Shown piece by piece: positions 1 through 9,428 of a stretch of 64,000 nucleotides of DNA. Made by a program: the position numbers and the translations under genes. The stretch covers positions 69,714 through 133,713 of the IMG/VR virus record IMGVR_UViG_3300014204_000123; one strand, 5' to 3'. Under the pieces are notes generated by a model that saw nothing but the letters and a program-made list of their open reading frames with translations, ran no database searches and had not been told where the DNA came from. The first letter of the stretch is position 1; each line of letters begins with the position of its first letter. This DNA comes from a virus (taxonomy: Duplodnaviria; Caudoviricetes).

Positions 1-1
1 C

Positions 2-595
2 TTGCTCATGTTTTTCAACAAGGGATTCATGGCCAGCTACACAACTACGCTTTGGAACTACGTGTGGTTCCCGAGTCGTTACGCCGTGGCCCAAAACCCA
101 AGGTCCTACTTTGTCACATTGGCCCATGAGCTTGCCCACATCGATCGATATGGCAGAAGTGTTTTTAGGTACTTGTGGTTTTGCATTAGATACATGTTCC
201 CTCAGTGTTTGGCACTGCTATCGCTTGGGGCGTTCTCTGCCATTTGGGTTGGGCCGTGGGGTCTCGTGTTCCTTGTGTTTTTGGCGGCTGCGTTCCCTTG
301 GCCTGCTCCTGGTAGGGTCAGGGAAGAGATCATTGGTTACGCCATGAGCGAGGTCTGCTGGCTTTGGCTGTTGGGCCGGGACTGGAGCGGGAGCAAGATC
401 GACGATGGGGTTGTCAGCGAGTTTACTGGCAGCGGGTACTATTGGATGAAGTGGGGTGACGCCTCGTCGGTCCGAACGGATATTTCGCTTCGGTGCGGCT
501 GGCTTGTGGCTGAAACAAACTGGGCTCTTGGTCGTGCGGTTAGGTACATTGCCCTGTATGGCAGTTCGGAATACTACTCCATGTACGGTGAGTAG
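2..595 (+). CDS. membrane-associated zinc metallopeptidase-like protein (5' partial)
   Basis: HExxH motif (LAHELAHID), downstream E (VREEIIGY), hydrophobic hairpin; the ORF runs off the window start. Confidence 0.55.
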   Translation: MLMFFNKGFMASYTTTLWNYVWFPSRYAVAQNPRSYFVTLAHELAHIDRYGRSVFRYLWFCIRYMFPQCLALLSLGAFSAIWVGPWGLVFLVFLAAAFPWPAPGRVREEIIGYAMSEVCWLWLLGRDWSGSKIDDGVVSEFTGSGYYWMKWGDASSVRTDISLRCGWLVAETNWALGRAVRYIALYGSSEYYSMYGE

Positions 596-596
596 C

Positions 597-860
597 ATGG
601 CTGAAAGGCAGACAGAGGTATATTATGACCAGACGTTGAAAGAGTTGATCTTCGACACAAGCAACGGCCGTGAGCGTGTCAAGCTGGCCAAGTTGATGGA
701 GTGGAAGGTCAAGGGCAAGGGGATGCACCATATGATTAGGGCGTTGGCGCTCCATTTCGGAGCCAGCTTCGAGGAACAGACCATGTATTCTATCGTTGGG
801 GCGCTCCAAGACGTGGAGTCTAGCGAGAATATCTCATTTGGAGGGAAGGCATCATGGTAG
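597..860 (+). CDS. hypothetical protein
   Basis: ATG 597 immediately after the upstream stop; overlaps the next gene. Confidence 0.6.
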   Translation: MAERQTEVYYDQTLKELIFDTSNGRERVKLAKLMEWKVKGKGMHHMIRALALHFGASFEEQTMYSIVGALQDVESSENISFGGKASW

Positions 861-1201
861 GCGGGAAGTCTGTGGTTTTCACCTATTACGGGGGTGAGCC
901 TATCTTCAAAATGGGTCCGTACTGCGGTGAGCGGGCTTGCGACGTGGTAGTCGAAGACCCAGGGTATTTTCGTGAACTTCTTGCGCTGAGACTCCAGCCC
1001 GAAGACCGGGATTCTGTTCTCCAGGTCATGGAAAGGTCTGGGCTGGATTCGGCCGTTGACGATGGGTTTGACGGCGCAGTTGTGGCCGGGTCCGATGGTA
1101 AGTTTAGGGCTGTTGTCAATAGCAGGCCAAGGGATGATGTCGAGGTTCCAGTAGCGAGTGTCCATGATGTTCTCGGTGCCATTTTCGGAGGGTCGAAATG
1201 A
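854..1201 (+). CDS. hypothetical protein
   Basis: GGAGGG SD; ATGA overlap with the next gene. Confidence 0.65.
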   Translation: MVGGKSVVFTYYGGEPIFKMGPYCGERACDVVVEDPGYFRELLALRLQPEDRDSVLQVMERSGLDSAVDDGFDGAVVAGSDGKFRAVVNSRPRDDVEVPVASVHDVLGAIFGGSK

Positions 1202-1581
1202 AAGTTACGGCTGTTGGTGGCAAGGTTGCGATTGTGTTGGACGAGGAGCTAGAGCAAAAGCTCAGGCTGGAAGGCGAGGTCTCTATTGGTGAGGGTAAGA
1301 CGCTGTTCCTTGTCCGGGAGCAGAAAGGCACGATTCTGCCTCAGATGCGAGTCGGGAAAATCATAAGCGTTGGGAAGGGCATATGGAAAAAGGTCGACGG
1401 GTCCGACCGCTGGATACCAATGCCAGAATCCATCAAGGTCGGGATGACTGTCGGCATCCCTCCGTTTATGCTCGCCCCGTTTTTCATCGAGGGCGTGGGC
1501 AACGTCGTTATGGTTAATCCGCATTCTCTTATGGGGTTGGTGACCAGCCGTGAACGCCGATCAAATTCGGGAGTTGTGTGA
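1198..1581 (+). CDS. GroES/T4 gp31-like co-chaperonin
   Basis: GKIISVGKG...PMPESIKVGMTV...LMGLV matches the GroES fold pattern. Confidence 0.65.
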   Translation: MKVTAVGGKVAIVLDEELEQKLRLEGEVSIGEGKTLFLVREQKGTILPQMRVGKIISVGKGIWKKVDGSDRWIPMPESIKVGMTVGIPPFMLAPFFIEGVGNVVMVNPHSLMGLVTSRERRSNSGVV

Positions 1582-2623
1582 GCTGTTAGGTTCCGGTTGT
1601 TCGGACAGAAATGCCAACATGTATACGCACTGCCCGCTGTCGGAGTGGACTCACGATGCAGGGACAGACAATAGAGCCTCATTCAGTATCGGGGTCAGAG
1701 ACGATGGAGGGCACAGCCCATGCCGGTGTTGGTCGTGCGGTTTCAACGGCACTTTGTGGATGCTTGGTTCCGAGCTGGTTAAGCGGGACAACGTCAAATA
1801 CAGCCCGATCAACAGGTTCATTCGCCACATTGAGGACGGATGGGATAGTGGTTGCGGAGGGGTTTCCGTTTCTCCGATTGAGCGGAAGGCCGATAGGTCC
1901 ATAGAGGGGGACATCGCTGAATACCCTGACGAAAAGGTGATTCCAGAGCAGGACTACGCTGTATTTGCTGGCCGGGTTCCGATGTATGCGTTGGACCGAG
2001 GCTTGCGCCTGGAAACTTGCAAGGCCTGGGAGTTGGGGCATGATCAATGGCGGAAGCGGTTGCTGTTCCCTGCGCGGGATTATCGGGGCCGTCTGGTAGG
2101 GGTGTCGGGGAGGCTTTACACTCCAGGATGCCCACGTTGTCATAGGCTTCCTGGAGCCAAGAAGTATAGGTCTTGCCCGTCGTGCGGGTATTCGTTGGGG
2201 GAGAAGTACCTACACACGGATGGCTTCAAAAAGGAGTACGTCCTATATGGCGAGCACATGATCAACCGGGACTTGGACTATGGGATTGTGGTCGAGGGTC
2301 CTTTGGACGTTTTGAAGCTATGGCAGCATGGATTCGAGAACGTAGTCGGAGTGTTCGGTTCGGAGCCGAGCGTCAAGCAAATGCGGAAGCTGGTTCATTT
2401 CTTCAAGCGGGTTGTGGTGTTTATTGATGCCGACAAGGCGGGCAAGAAAATGGGCGAGAAGCTGGCTCAGCGATTGGTGCCTTTTCTGGAGGACTACCAT
2501 GTTGTTGGCGGGTACAAGAATGACGGCAAGGACCCGGCAGACAGGTCGTGTTTCGAGGTTATGGGGATGCTAAGTCAGGTGGGTATTGGCCCGACTAGGT
2601 CATTGGTTCGGGATTCCCCTTGA
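1550..2623 (+). CDS. DnaG-like DNA primase (Zn finger + TOPRIM)
   Basis: CP..H..D..ASF and CWSC Zn-binding domain; RLLFPARD..GRLVG.SGR; KYL; VEGPLD; FIDADKAG; KDPAD. Confidence 0.9.
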   Translation: MNADQIRELCELLGSGCSDRNANMYTHCPLSEWTHDAGTDNRASFSIGVRDDGGHSPCRCWSCGFNGTLWMLGSELVKRDNVKYSPINRFIRHIEDGWDSGCGGVSVSPIERKADRSIEGDIAEYPDEKVIPEQDYAVFAGRVPMYALDRGLRLETCKAWELGHDQWRKRLLFPARDYRGRLVGVSGRLYTPGCPRCHRLPGAKKYRSCPSCGYSLGEKYLHTDGFKKEYVLYGEHMINRDLDYGIVVEGPLDVLKLWQHGFENVVGVFGSEPSVKQMRKLVHFFKRVVVFIDADKAGKKMGEKLAQRLVPFLEDYHVVGGYKNDGKDPADRSCFEVMGMLSQVGIGPTRSLVRDSP

Positions 2624-2647
2624 CTTTGTCCGGGGCTGGATTATGCT
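2620..2647 (+). promoter_or_regulatory. sigma70-type promoter TTGACT-N16-TATGCT
   Basis: same -10 hexamer as the other copies; lies upstream of the SSB-like gene. Confidence 0.6.
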
Positions 2648-2684
2648 ACAACGGATGGTAGGCTTTTTCATCGGACGGGGGTTG

Positions 2685-3377
2685 ATGATGTGGTACAGGC
2701 GAGGGTTCGGGTATTTTGAGGAGTTCAATCGGTTGAAGTTGATGCAGGGACTCCAGCCTACTCGGTTTATGATCCGAAAGGACGAGAAGCGGGACGTTGT
2801 TTTCCTTGACGGCGGCGATGATGATGCTCCGTTCATGGTGGTCGAGCACAGAAAGAAAGTCGCCGGTGCCTGGACATATCCTGTGTGCCAGAATTCGGAT
2901 AAGTACCTATCGGGAGAGGCCGTAGACTTGCAGCCGTGCGTGGCGTGTGACGAGAACTCCGGTCGACATACGGTTGGTATGCTTAGCGTCATTGATATCG
3001 CCGGATATGAGCGAGACAAGAAAAAGTACCCAGGTCTTCGTCGGTTGTTTTGCGCCGATGAGGCTTGTTTGCGGACGCTGTCTGAGATTCGTGCTCAGTG
3101 TCCGGGTGGGAGCCTTACGGGTGCGGTGATTCGGGTCAATGATACAGCCGGGGAGTGGGGGAGTTGTGGCACGAGTTGGGAGTTGCTAAAGGTGCTTCCC
3201 AAGGACAAGTGGGATGCAGCGATCAAGAAAATGGGTTTTGACGTGTCCAAGAATCCCTGGCAGCCGTTTGACTACGCCAGCTTCGTGAAGCTTGTCCCGA
3301 ACGAAACCATGCGCTCTATTTGGGCTGGGAAGGTCACAGTCCCGGATGCGGGGGCCGATGAAGAGGTAAAATACTAA
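2685..3377 (+). CDS. putative gp32-like single-stranded DNA-binding protein
   Basis: aromatic/basic OB-type pattern (RF.IRKDEKR.VVFLD, H..C...CVAC), acidic C-terminus DAGADEEVKY; follows the primase. Confidence 0.55.
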   Translation: MMWYRRGFGYFEEFNRLKLMQGLQPTRFMIRKDEKRDVVFLDGGDDDAPFMVVEHRKKVAGAWTYPVCQNSDKYLSGEAVDLQPCVACDENSGRHTVGMLSVIDIAGYERDKKKYPGLRRLFCADEACLRTLSEIRAQCPGGSLTGAVIRVNDTAGEWGSCGTSWELLKVLPKDKWDAAIKKMGFDVSKNPWQPFDYASFVKLVPNETMRSIWAGKVTVPDAGADEEVKY

Positions 3378-3523
3378 TGCCTTTCGATCTCGACTCCAGG
3401 ATGGTTGCCATGGGCTTGGTCTTCATTGGACTACTGGCCGTGGGCCTTATTGGTGCTACGGTGATCGATGCCTTGTCCGTTATGGCCGACAGGTCGAAGA
3501 GGGGCAATAAATGGTACAAGTGA
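3377..3523 (+). CDS. small membrane protein (48 aa, below ORF-track cutoff)
   Basis: TAATG coupling; MPFDLDSRMVAMGLVFIGLLAVGLIGATVIDALSV...; fills the gap. Confidence 0.55.
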   Translation: MPFDLDSRMVAMGLVFIGLLAVGLIGATVIDALSVMADRSKRGNKWYK

Positions 3524-3801
3524 TTCAGGATGTCCCATTATGGTTTAAGATTTTCTTTGTCATGATGGCGGCTAGTTGTGTCGGGATTCTGTTTCTTTTG
3601 TTGCAGATTCAATTGGCCATATCAAGGCTGGCCGAAGGCATGATACTAATGAACAAAGAAAACAAAAATATGGCGAAGAGATTGGACGCTCTATGTGACG
3701 CATATATGATTGAGGAAGACGGTACGGTGCCATGCGTGATTCGTGCCGGTGAATCAAATTTGGACGATGAACAAGAGGGACGACGATGGAAGAGAAGGTA
3801 G
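3511..3801 (+). CDS. membrane protein with coiled coil
   Basis: N-terminal TM helix followed by a heptad segment. Confidence 0.6.
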   Translation: MVQVIQDVPLWFKIFFVMMAASCVGILFLLLQIQLAISRLAEGMILMNKENKNMAKRLDALCDAYMIEEDGTVPCVIRAGESNLDDEQEGRRWKRR

Positions 3802-4049
3802 TGAAGCCTAGAACGAGAACAGGCGGCGGGTCGATTGCTTGGGGCTATTTCCTGATTCAGGAGGATGGCAGCGAGGCATTCCACATGGTGGAGGGGGCGA
3901 CCAGCACCGAGGACGTGAAGGATATGATACGGAAAGAGATGCTGCAATTAGGCGCTAACTCTGTATTCTATAAAAACGTGGTGAAGATTTTTGCTATCAA
4001 GGCGGAAATCAAGCCTAACTTATCGTCTAAAGTGGTGGTGAAGCTATGA
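3786..4049 (+). CDS. hypothetical protein
   Basis: GAGGG SD, coupled overlaps. Confidence 0.65.
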   Translation: MEEKVVKPRTRTGGGSIAWGYFLIQEDGSEAFHMVEGATSTEDVKDMIRKEMLQLGANSVFYKNVVKIFAIKAEIKPNLSSKVVVKL

Positions 4050-4507
4050 GTTCGAGCTGGGTTCCGAAGGTTGGGGAGATGGTCTACGGCGTTTCCAGGG
4101 TAGAGTCTACTCGGCCACCTATGTATATGATCCATCATGGGGTGGTCCGGGAGTCCGACGCCAATGCTAGGATGGTGCACCTTGAAGATGGCCTTCCCGG
4201 CGGCAAGCTGATTATCTTGCTGATGAACAAGACATTCAGGACCAGGACTGCCGCGCTTGCGGATATCGTTGCGATGTCGGAGCAGGCCTTGTCTCGCTAC
4301 TGTGAGACCTCCATTGAGAAGCCTGGGAGCATTCCCGAGCATGTTATTGAAGCATGGAGGACCCAGGTCGAGATGGCCAAGGACGGGGCGGTGCCCATGA
4401 TTGGTGGTCTTATTGACCCAGGAACTGGGAAGCCTGTTTCGTTCCGCCAGCGTAAAATTCGGACCAGGAAGATGAAGCGGTCCAACTTTCTGACTGTCTG
4501 CAATTGA
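4046..4507 (+). CDS. hypothetical protein
   Basis: ATGA overlap; SH3/KOW-like start (PKVGEMVY). Confidence 0.65.
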   Translation: MSSSWVPKVGEMVYGVSRVESTRPPMYMIHHGVVRESDANARMVHLEDGLPGGKLIILLMNKTFRTRTAALADIVAMSEQALSRYCETSIEKPGSIPEHVIEAWRTQVEMAKDGAVPMIGGLIDPGTGKPVSFRQRKIRTRKMKRSNFLTVCN

Positions 4508-4512
4508 TTGCC
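4499..4512. promoter_or_regulatory. palindromic junction motif variant TGCAATTGATTGCC
   Basis: member of the dispersed TGCAATCGATTGCA family; directly before the SD of the helicase. Confidence 0.6.
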
Positions 4513-4523
4513 GGGGGGTCAGG

Positions 4524-6035
4524 ATGTCGGTAGCTCCTGTAAGGTTCAAGGATACGGAAGTGGTCATCGACCGTATGGCTTGGATTCCAAAGGCCTCATT
4601 GAGCGACCAGGACATGTTCCTTTTGCGAAGGGAGCTAGTCAAGACACCTATCAAGATGGCTGAGTTCGCCGGGATGGACGAGGACGAGAAGCCGGTGGTG
4701 CTATATGAGGAGCACGGCCGGTGGTTTGGAGTTCCCAGGGCGTATTATGAATCAGTCATGAGGTCCAAGTGTTCCGGCTTGACCGAGAAGCCGATGTTTT
4801 GCGAGACCCGATCGATTCCAGACAGCAGGATGGAGTTGAAGGGCATCAAGTTGGGCGGGACCTATTCAGAGCAAGCGGAGATGGTTCGGCAACTGTCCGA
4901 GTTTTTCAAGGGCGGGGGCATGGGAGGCATCTTCCGGGCCGACCCTGGATACGGCAAGACAGTGGTAGCGCTTCGGGTGATCTCAGAGTTGAAGGTTCCT
5001 ACGCTGGTTGTGGTCCACAAGGACTTCCTGCTCACGCAATGGATCAACCGAATCAGGAAGTACCTTCCCAACGCCAAGATCGGTCACATACAGCAAGACA
5101 AGGTGGTAGTGGAGGGCTGCGATATTGTGATAGCGATGCTCCAGTCGTTGTCTCAAAGGGAATATGATAGGTCTATTTACAGTGCGTTCGGGTTGGTGGT
5201 CATTGACGAGACGCACCGGCTGGGGGCCAGCTCGTGGGCTCCGGTCATTCGCAAGTTTAGGGGCCGCTGGCGACTTGGACTTACTGCTACGGCGAGGCGC
5301 AAGGATGGCATGGAGGACGTGTTCTTCTGGAACATAGGTCCGATCATTGTCTCTGCCAAGGTCAAGACCAAGCTTCCCAAGTTGAAGCGAATCAGGACGG
5401 CGAGCAAGTTGCCTCGTGCGGGCACGCTGGAGGGCAATGCTAGGGTATCGAAGACTGACAAGGAGCAGGCGAAGTCAGTCATGACACCTACGGTGTTGCG
5501 GCATATAGCGAGGGATACACAGAGGAACAAGGTCATTGTGGAGCAGATTTTCGAGGCTGCCACGAGTGAAAATCTGAGGAAGGTCATAGTGCTGAGTGAA
5601 CGAAAGGACTCGCATTTGCACCTTTTGAAAGACGACTTCGAGAAGTTCTGTGTGAAGAAAAAGGCGTCTGTGACCACTGGCTTCTACTACGGGGGGCTCT
5701 CCGAGCGGGAGCTGTTGGAGTCCGAGGGGAAACGGGTTCTGTTCTGTACTTACCAGATGGTGAGTGAGGCGCTGGACATAGAGTCCTTGGATACGTTGGT
5801 GCTGGCGACGCCAATTTCGGATGTAGAGCAGGCTGTTGGCAGAATTCGACGGCAGTGCACTCCTGATAGCGACAAGTGCGCCCGGTTATGTCCGTGGCGG
5901 GCCGGGGTGTGCAAGGGCAAGCCCGATCCGATCGTTGTGGACATCCTGGACCCGCTGATTGATCGGTGCGAGGCGAAGGCCAGATGGCGCATGATGTTCT
6001 ACCGGGAAGAGGGGATTATGGGCAAGCAGGCTTGA
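4524..6035 (+). CDS. superfamily 2 (UvsW/XPB-like) DNA helicase
   Basis: PGYGKT Walker A, IDETH Walker B, GLTATARRKDG, SEALDI, QAVGRIRR. Confidence 0.9.
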   Translation: MSVAPVRFKDTEVVIDRMAWIPKASLSDQDMFLLRRELVKTPIKMAEFAGMDEDEKPVVLYEEHGRWFGVPRAYYESVMRSKCSGLTEKPMFCETRSIPDSRMELKGIKLGGTYSEQAEMVRQLSEFFKGGGMGGIFRADPGYGKTVVALRVISELKVPTLVVVHKDFLLTQWINRIRKYLPNAKIGHIQQDKVVVEGCDIVIAMLQSLSQREYDRSIYSAFGLVVIDETHRLGASSWAPVIRKFRGRWRLGLTATARRKDGMEDVFFWNIGPIIVSAKVKTKLPKLKRIRTASKLPRAGTLEGNARVSKTDKEQAKSVMTPTVLRHIARDTQRNKVIVEQIFEAATSENLRKVIVLSERKDSHLHLLKDDFEKFCVKKKASVTTGFYYGGLSERELLESEGKRVLFCTYQMVSEALDIESLDTLVLATPISDVEQAVGRIRRQCTPDSDKCARLCPWRAGVCKGKPDPIVVDILDPLIDRCEAKARWRMMFYREEGIMGKQA

Positions 6036-6060
6036 CAGCGCTGGGCAAGCCGATTATGCT
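6032..6060 (+). promoter_or_regulatory. sigma70-type promoter TTGACA-N17-TATGCT
   Basis: consensus -35 and 17-bp spacer in an intergenic gap. Confidence 0.75.
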
Positions 6061-6069
6061 ACAATAGGT

Positions 6070-6381
6070 GTGGAGGTGCTCATGAGATCGATTAGGACTA
6101 GGAAGCCTTTGGAACTGGAGTTCCGAGGCAAGGCGTACACTGTGTTTTGGGTTGGAGACTTGGCCACTGAGGTTGGCCGGTCATCTAGGACGGTTGGCTG
6201 TTGGTGCAGGAGCGGGGTGCTTCCCGAGTCTCCATTCCGGTCACCACGGGGGGACAGGTACTTCACGTCGGAGATGATTGGGGTCATCAAGGCCGCTGTT
6301 GCCAAGTGTGGCGGGGCCAATTTGGATCTCCAGTCCTTTACCAAGGAGGTGAAGGAAGGCTGGGCGAAACTAGGTTACTGA
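6070..6381 (+). CDS. MerR-type helix-turn-helix DNA-binding protein
   Basis: VGDLATEVGRSSRTV..W...GVLP...R..RG.RYFT. Confidence 0.75.
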   Translation: MEVLMRSIRTRKPLELEFRGKAYTVFWVGDLATEVGRSSRTVGCWCRSGVLPESPFRSPRGDRYFTSEMIGVIKAAVAKCGGANLDLQSFTKEVKEGWAKLGY

Positions 6382-6411
6382 GCGGACTATATGAGACGAA
6401 GCACATGAGGT

Positions 6412-6978
6412 GTGGCATTGAAGAACAATCCTATTTTCTTTGAGTCGGTAGTTGTAACCAAGACAAACAGAGACAAAACCAAGACGGTAGAGTCTGCGGA
6501 AGACGGGTATGGTCGGCCTCCATTTCCGGCCCCTTCGTTTCCAACGGCGCACCTATTCGTGTCGATGGGCTTCACGAAGAACTTGCAGGATTTCCGAAGC
6601 AAGAAAGCCAATGTAGGCGTGAGTGTTCCGTTCGATGCCACTCGTCTGGACGAGGTGTGGGCGACTGTCAAACCGTGGGTCAGCCGTAGGCTCATGGAGC
6701 TGATCAATGGTAAGACTTCCACGGAAGAGCCGCTGGCGATTCTCCCGGTGGTGTTGGTGGATACGGTGCCCGCTTCCGATGTCGTTAGCGTTCCGGTGAG
6801 CTGCGGCCACACGGTACCGCTTGGCAACTTTGAGTTCGCATCAATAGAGATCGGCCTTACGCTGCTGTCGGACCCAGATAAGGTGGTTGACGCATACAAC
6901 TGGGGCGCTGCCTGGACAAAGGAAAAGGCGGATGATATTGCCGAAGGCGTAGAGCGGGCCAGGGCGAAAAAGAAGTAG
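6412..6978 (+). CDS. hypothetical phage protein with two internal repeats
   Basis: two similar halves (VSMGFTKNLQDF..ANVGVS / VSCGHTVPLGNF..IEIGLT). Confidence 0.65.
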   Translation: MALKNNPIFFESVVVTKTNRDKTKTVESAEDGYGRPPFPAPSFPTAHLFVSMGFTKNLQDFRSKKANVGVSVPFDATRLDEVWATVKPWVSRRLMELINGKTSTEEPLAILPVVLVDTVPASDVVSVPVSCGHTVPLGNFEFASIEIGLTLLSDPDKVVDAYNWGAAWTKEKADDIAEGVERARAKKK

Positions 6979-7003
6979 TCAACTCATTTCTACGGCGGGA
7001 CCT

Positions 7004-8416
7004 ATGGCAAAGAAAGAAAAGAAGTCGGATTCGGCAGAGGAGCAGTCTGGAGCCAGTAAGGTCCAGAGGTTTAGGCTTCGCCAGGATTCGCTATGCTCCA
7101 AGTATGGGTCGGGGACTTCCGTTATGGCGTCCGTGATCCCTGATACGCTGCGCATTTCTACGGGCTCATTCCGGTTAGATTATGCGTCGGGCGGTGGTGT
7201 CCCTGTTGGCCGAACTTCGCTGATTTGGGGCGGGGAGTCGTCTGGCAAAACTGGGATGGTTTTGCGTATTGGTGCACAAGCTCAGAAGTTGTGCGCCAAC
7301 TGCTATCGGATGCCGGTATTGGCCTCGTTGCTCAAGATGGACGATGATACGATCGTCTTGGGGGTCCCGGATGGCAATGGTGGGTTTATCGACTCCGAGA
7401 CCGGGCGTGAGGTTGTGGTTGCGAGTGTGGCTGGGGAACTCAGCAAGATCCAGTATTGCGACTGCTATTCCAAAGCGCTGTTTGTTCCCAAGCCTCTACC
7501 GGGTAACGGCGATAATGAGTTCGAGAAAGATGCCATTTTTCAGGCTAGGCTAGAAGGTTATAGCACAAACTCATATGAGGACGTTACGGTACACTATGTA
7601 AACATAGAGGGCGACCTTGACGTTGGCTGGGCCAGGAAGATAGGTATTGACACGAGCAGAATGGCGGTGACGGTTTGCGAGACCGGGGAAGAGGCTGTCG
7701 ATGTTGTCAAGTTTCTGATTGATTCTTGCGATAACGACGTGATCATCGTGGATTCTCTGGCGATGATGGTGCCCATGACTGAGGTCGAGGAGAGTGCCCA
7801 CGACGCTCATATGGGGTTACAGTCCAGGATGCTGAATCAGGCTATGCGGGTGTGGACTCAGGCCAGAGTAGCGGCAAAGAGGAAGCACGGCAGGGACATC
7901 ACGATTCTGCTCGTGAACCAATGGCGAATGAAGATTGACAGGTTCGGTGGAGGCCCGCAGTTAGTTGGGGGGCTTGGCCAGCGGTTTGTGGGGTCGTTCC
8001 AGGTGAAGTGTTGGTCAAAGAAGGGTGAGTCGTCTCAGATCGACGTTGGCAAAAAGGGATATGAGGTGGACGTTGCGGAAACGGCTACAACATGTTTCAA
8101 GGTGGAAAAGAACAAGACGTTTGGGTCCAAGGAAGTCGAGGGTGAGATTGAGTTCTTTGTCCGTGATTGCGAAGAGGGTAAGGCCGGTGAGGTTCGGGAG
8201 TTCGATTACATATGGACTTTGGCGAAATACTTCGGGATCGTTTTCAAGCAGGAAAAGCCCATAAAGTGGATAATGAATGGGAAGGTGTTTGATACCGAAA
8301 CGGCGGCCAAGGCAGCGGTCAGAACGGACCCGGAGGTTATGGCTGGGCTTCGTTCGACGTTAATGACGTTGCTCCTGGGTCAGATCAAGAAAGAGATGCT
8401 GGGGGGCAAGCGATGA
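7004..8416 (+). CDS. recA: RecA/UvsX-like recombinase with ~100-aa Cys-containing insertion
   Basis: ISTGSFRLD...GGVPVGR, GGESSGKT, IIVDSLA, MGLQSRMLNQAMR, LVNQWRMKI, VEKNKT. Confidence 0.9.
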   Translation: MAKKEKKSDSAEEQSGASKVQRFRLRQDSLCSKYGSGTSVMASVIPDTLRISTGSFRLDYASGGGVPVGRTSLIWGGESSGKTGMVLRIGAQAQKLCANCYRMPVLASLLKMDDDTIVLGVPDGNGGFIDSETGREVVVASVAGELSKIQYCDCYSKALFVPKPLPGNGDNEFEKDAIFQARLEGYSTNSYEDVTVHYVNIEGDLDVGWARKIGIDTSRMAVTVCETGEEAVDVVKFLIDSCDNDVIIVDSLAMMVPMTEVEESAHDAHMGLQSRMLNQAMRVWTQARVAAKRKHGRDITILLVNQWRMKIDRFGGGPQLVGGLGQRFVGSFQVKCWSKKGESSQIDVGKKGYEVDVAETATTCFKVEKNKTFGSKEVEGEIEFFVRDCEEGKAGEVREFDYIWTLAKYFGIVFKQEKPIKWIMNGKVFDTETAAKAAVRTDPEVMAGLRSTLMTLLLGQIKKEMLGGKR

Positions 8417-8937
8417 AAAGCCACCTATTCCAGGAACTGACAGGCAATGGGGTGTCCCGTGGGAAGTCGGCGCCTGGGAAGCAGGAATCGAGACTTGCCA
8501 AAGAAGAGGGCGGGAGGGTCCACCGCCGTTCGGGGGCCGGTTGGGTCAAGTGGGATGGCTCTTCCAAGGGCAAGCTCTGGGATGCCAAACACACGGATGG
8601 TGATTCTATCCGCTTGCCAATATCGATGCTGGCTCATTTGGAGCGAGACTCAGTTTGCCAGGGCAAGATGGCGTTTTTTGAGCTGGAGTTCTCGAACCAT
8701 CCCTCGTCGATAGGTCCCCACTGGTATCTTATGCCGATGTTGACCTACTTCTCGTGCGGGGGCGGGAAGGTCAGTCAGGATATTCCAACCATTCCGGTGA
8801 AGGGGAGTTCTCTGGGGGTCAGTGTCTCCAGACTGGTAAAGGCTAGCGCCTCGCACGGAATGCTTGTGTTCGATGTTCCGTCTTTGGGCCAGTGGGTTGT
8901 CATTCCCAAGAGCAAGAAGGAACAGTTGCAATGGTGA
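8413..8937 (+). CDS. PD-(D/E)XK nuclease, Hjc-like resolvase
   Basis: QE..LAK..GG....SGAG..K.D......DAKHT pattern. Confidence 0.65.
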   Translation: MKSHLFQELTGNGVSRGKSAPGKQESRLAKEEGGRVHRRSGAGWVKWDGSSKGKLWDAKHTDGDSIRLPISMLAHLERDSVCQGKMAFFELEFSNHPSSIGPHWYLMPMLTYFSCGGGKVSQDIPTIPVKGSSLGVSVSRLVKASASHGMLVFDVPSLGQWVVIPKSKKEQLQW

Positions 8938-9428
8938 GCATCAACAGGCAAGAGGTCTTGCGCAAGGCGTTGTTCTCGCTTGTGTCCCATGCGAGGGATA
9001 CGGTCCCGGCTGGGGCGACGTTGCCGGATGACAAGATGGGCATTCCCATTCTTGATTCTGGGATTCTGCTGACTCTGGATCACCTAAAGCGTGACGGCTT
9101 TGACCGACCACTCAGGCCGCTTCTCGAAGCCGCGCTTGATGCGGCGGTTGTTGACGGGTATACGGCTTTCCCGAGGCCGGAAGGGTTTGTGCCAGACCCC
9201 ATGTTTGAATTGGTGGTCAAGCGCCTGACTCAGTTGTTTGGGGCCGCTGAATGGTTCCAGATGTATCAGGACGAGGCTCAATGTTCCGGGGAACTGGCGA
9301 TGCCGTTGTGGCTCATTCGGGCGGGATGCAAAACGAAAGAGGACGGCATTGAAGCGTGCAGAAAGATCTTGTCGAATGCTGGGTTGCTGAAGAAACGGGC
9401 GAAGTTGAAGATTGAAGGCAAGAAATAA
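8931..9428 (+). CDS. hypothetical protein
   Basis: overlap with the upstream gene; TAATG coupling downstream. Confidence 0.6.
   Translation: MVSINRQEVLRKALFSLVSHARDTVPAGATLPDDKMGIPILDSGILLTLDHLKRDGFDRPLRPLLEAALDAAVVDGYTAFPRPEGFVPDPMFELVVKRLTQLFGAAEWFQMYQDEAQCSGELAMPLWLIRAGCKTKEDGIEACRKILSNAGLLKKRAKLKIEGKK

Noticed and set aside
7292-7585. RecA insertion as an intein
   Set aside because: No C-terminal His-Asn followed by Cys/Ser/Thr and no intein block motifs; it looks like a Cys-ligand domain
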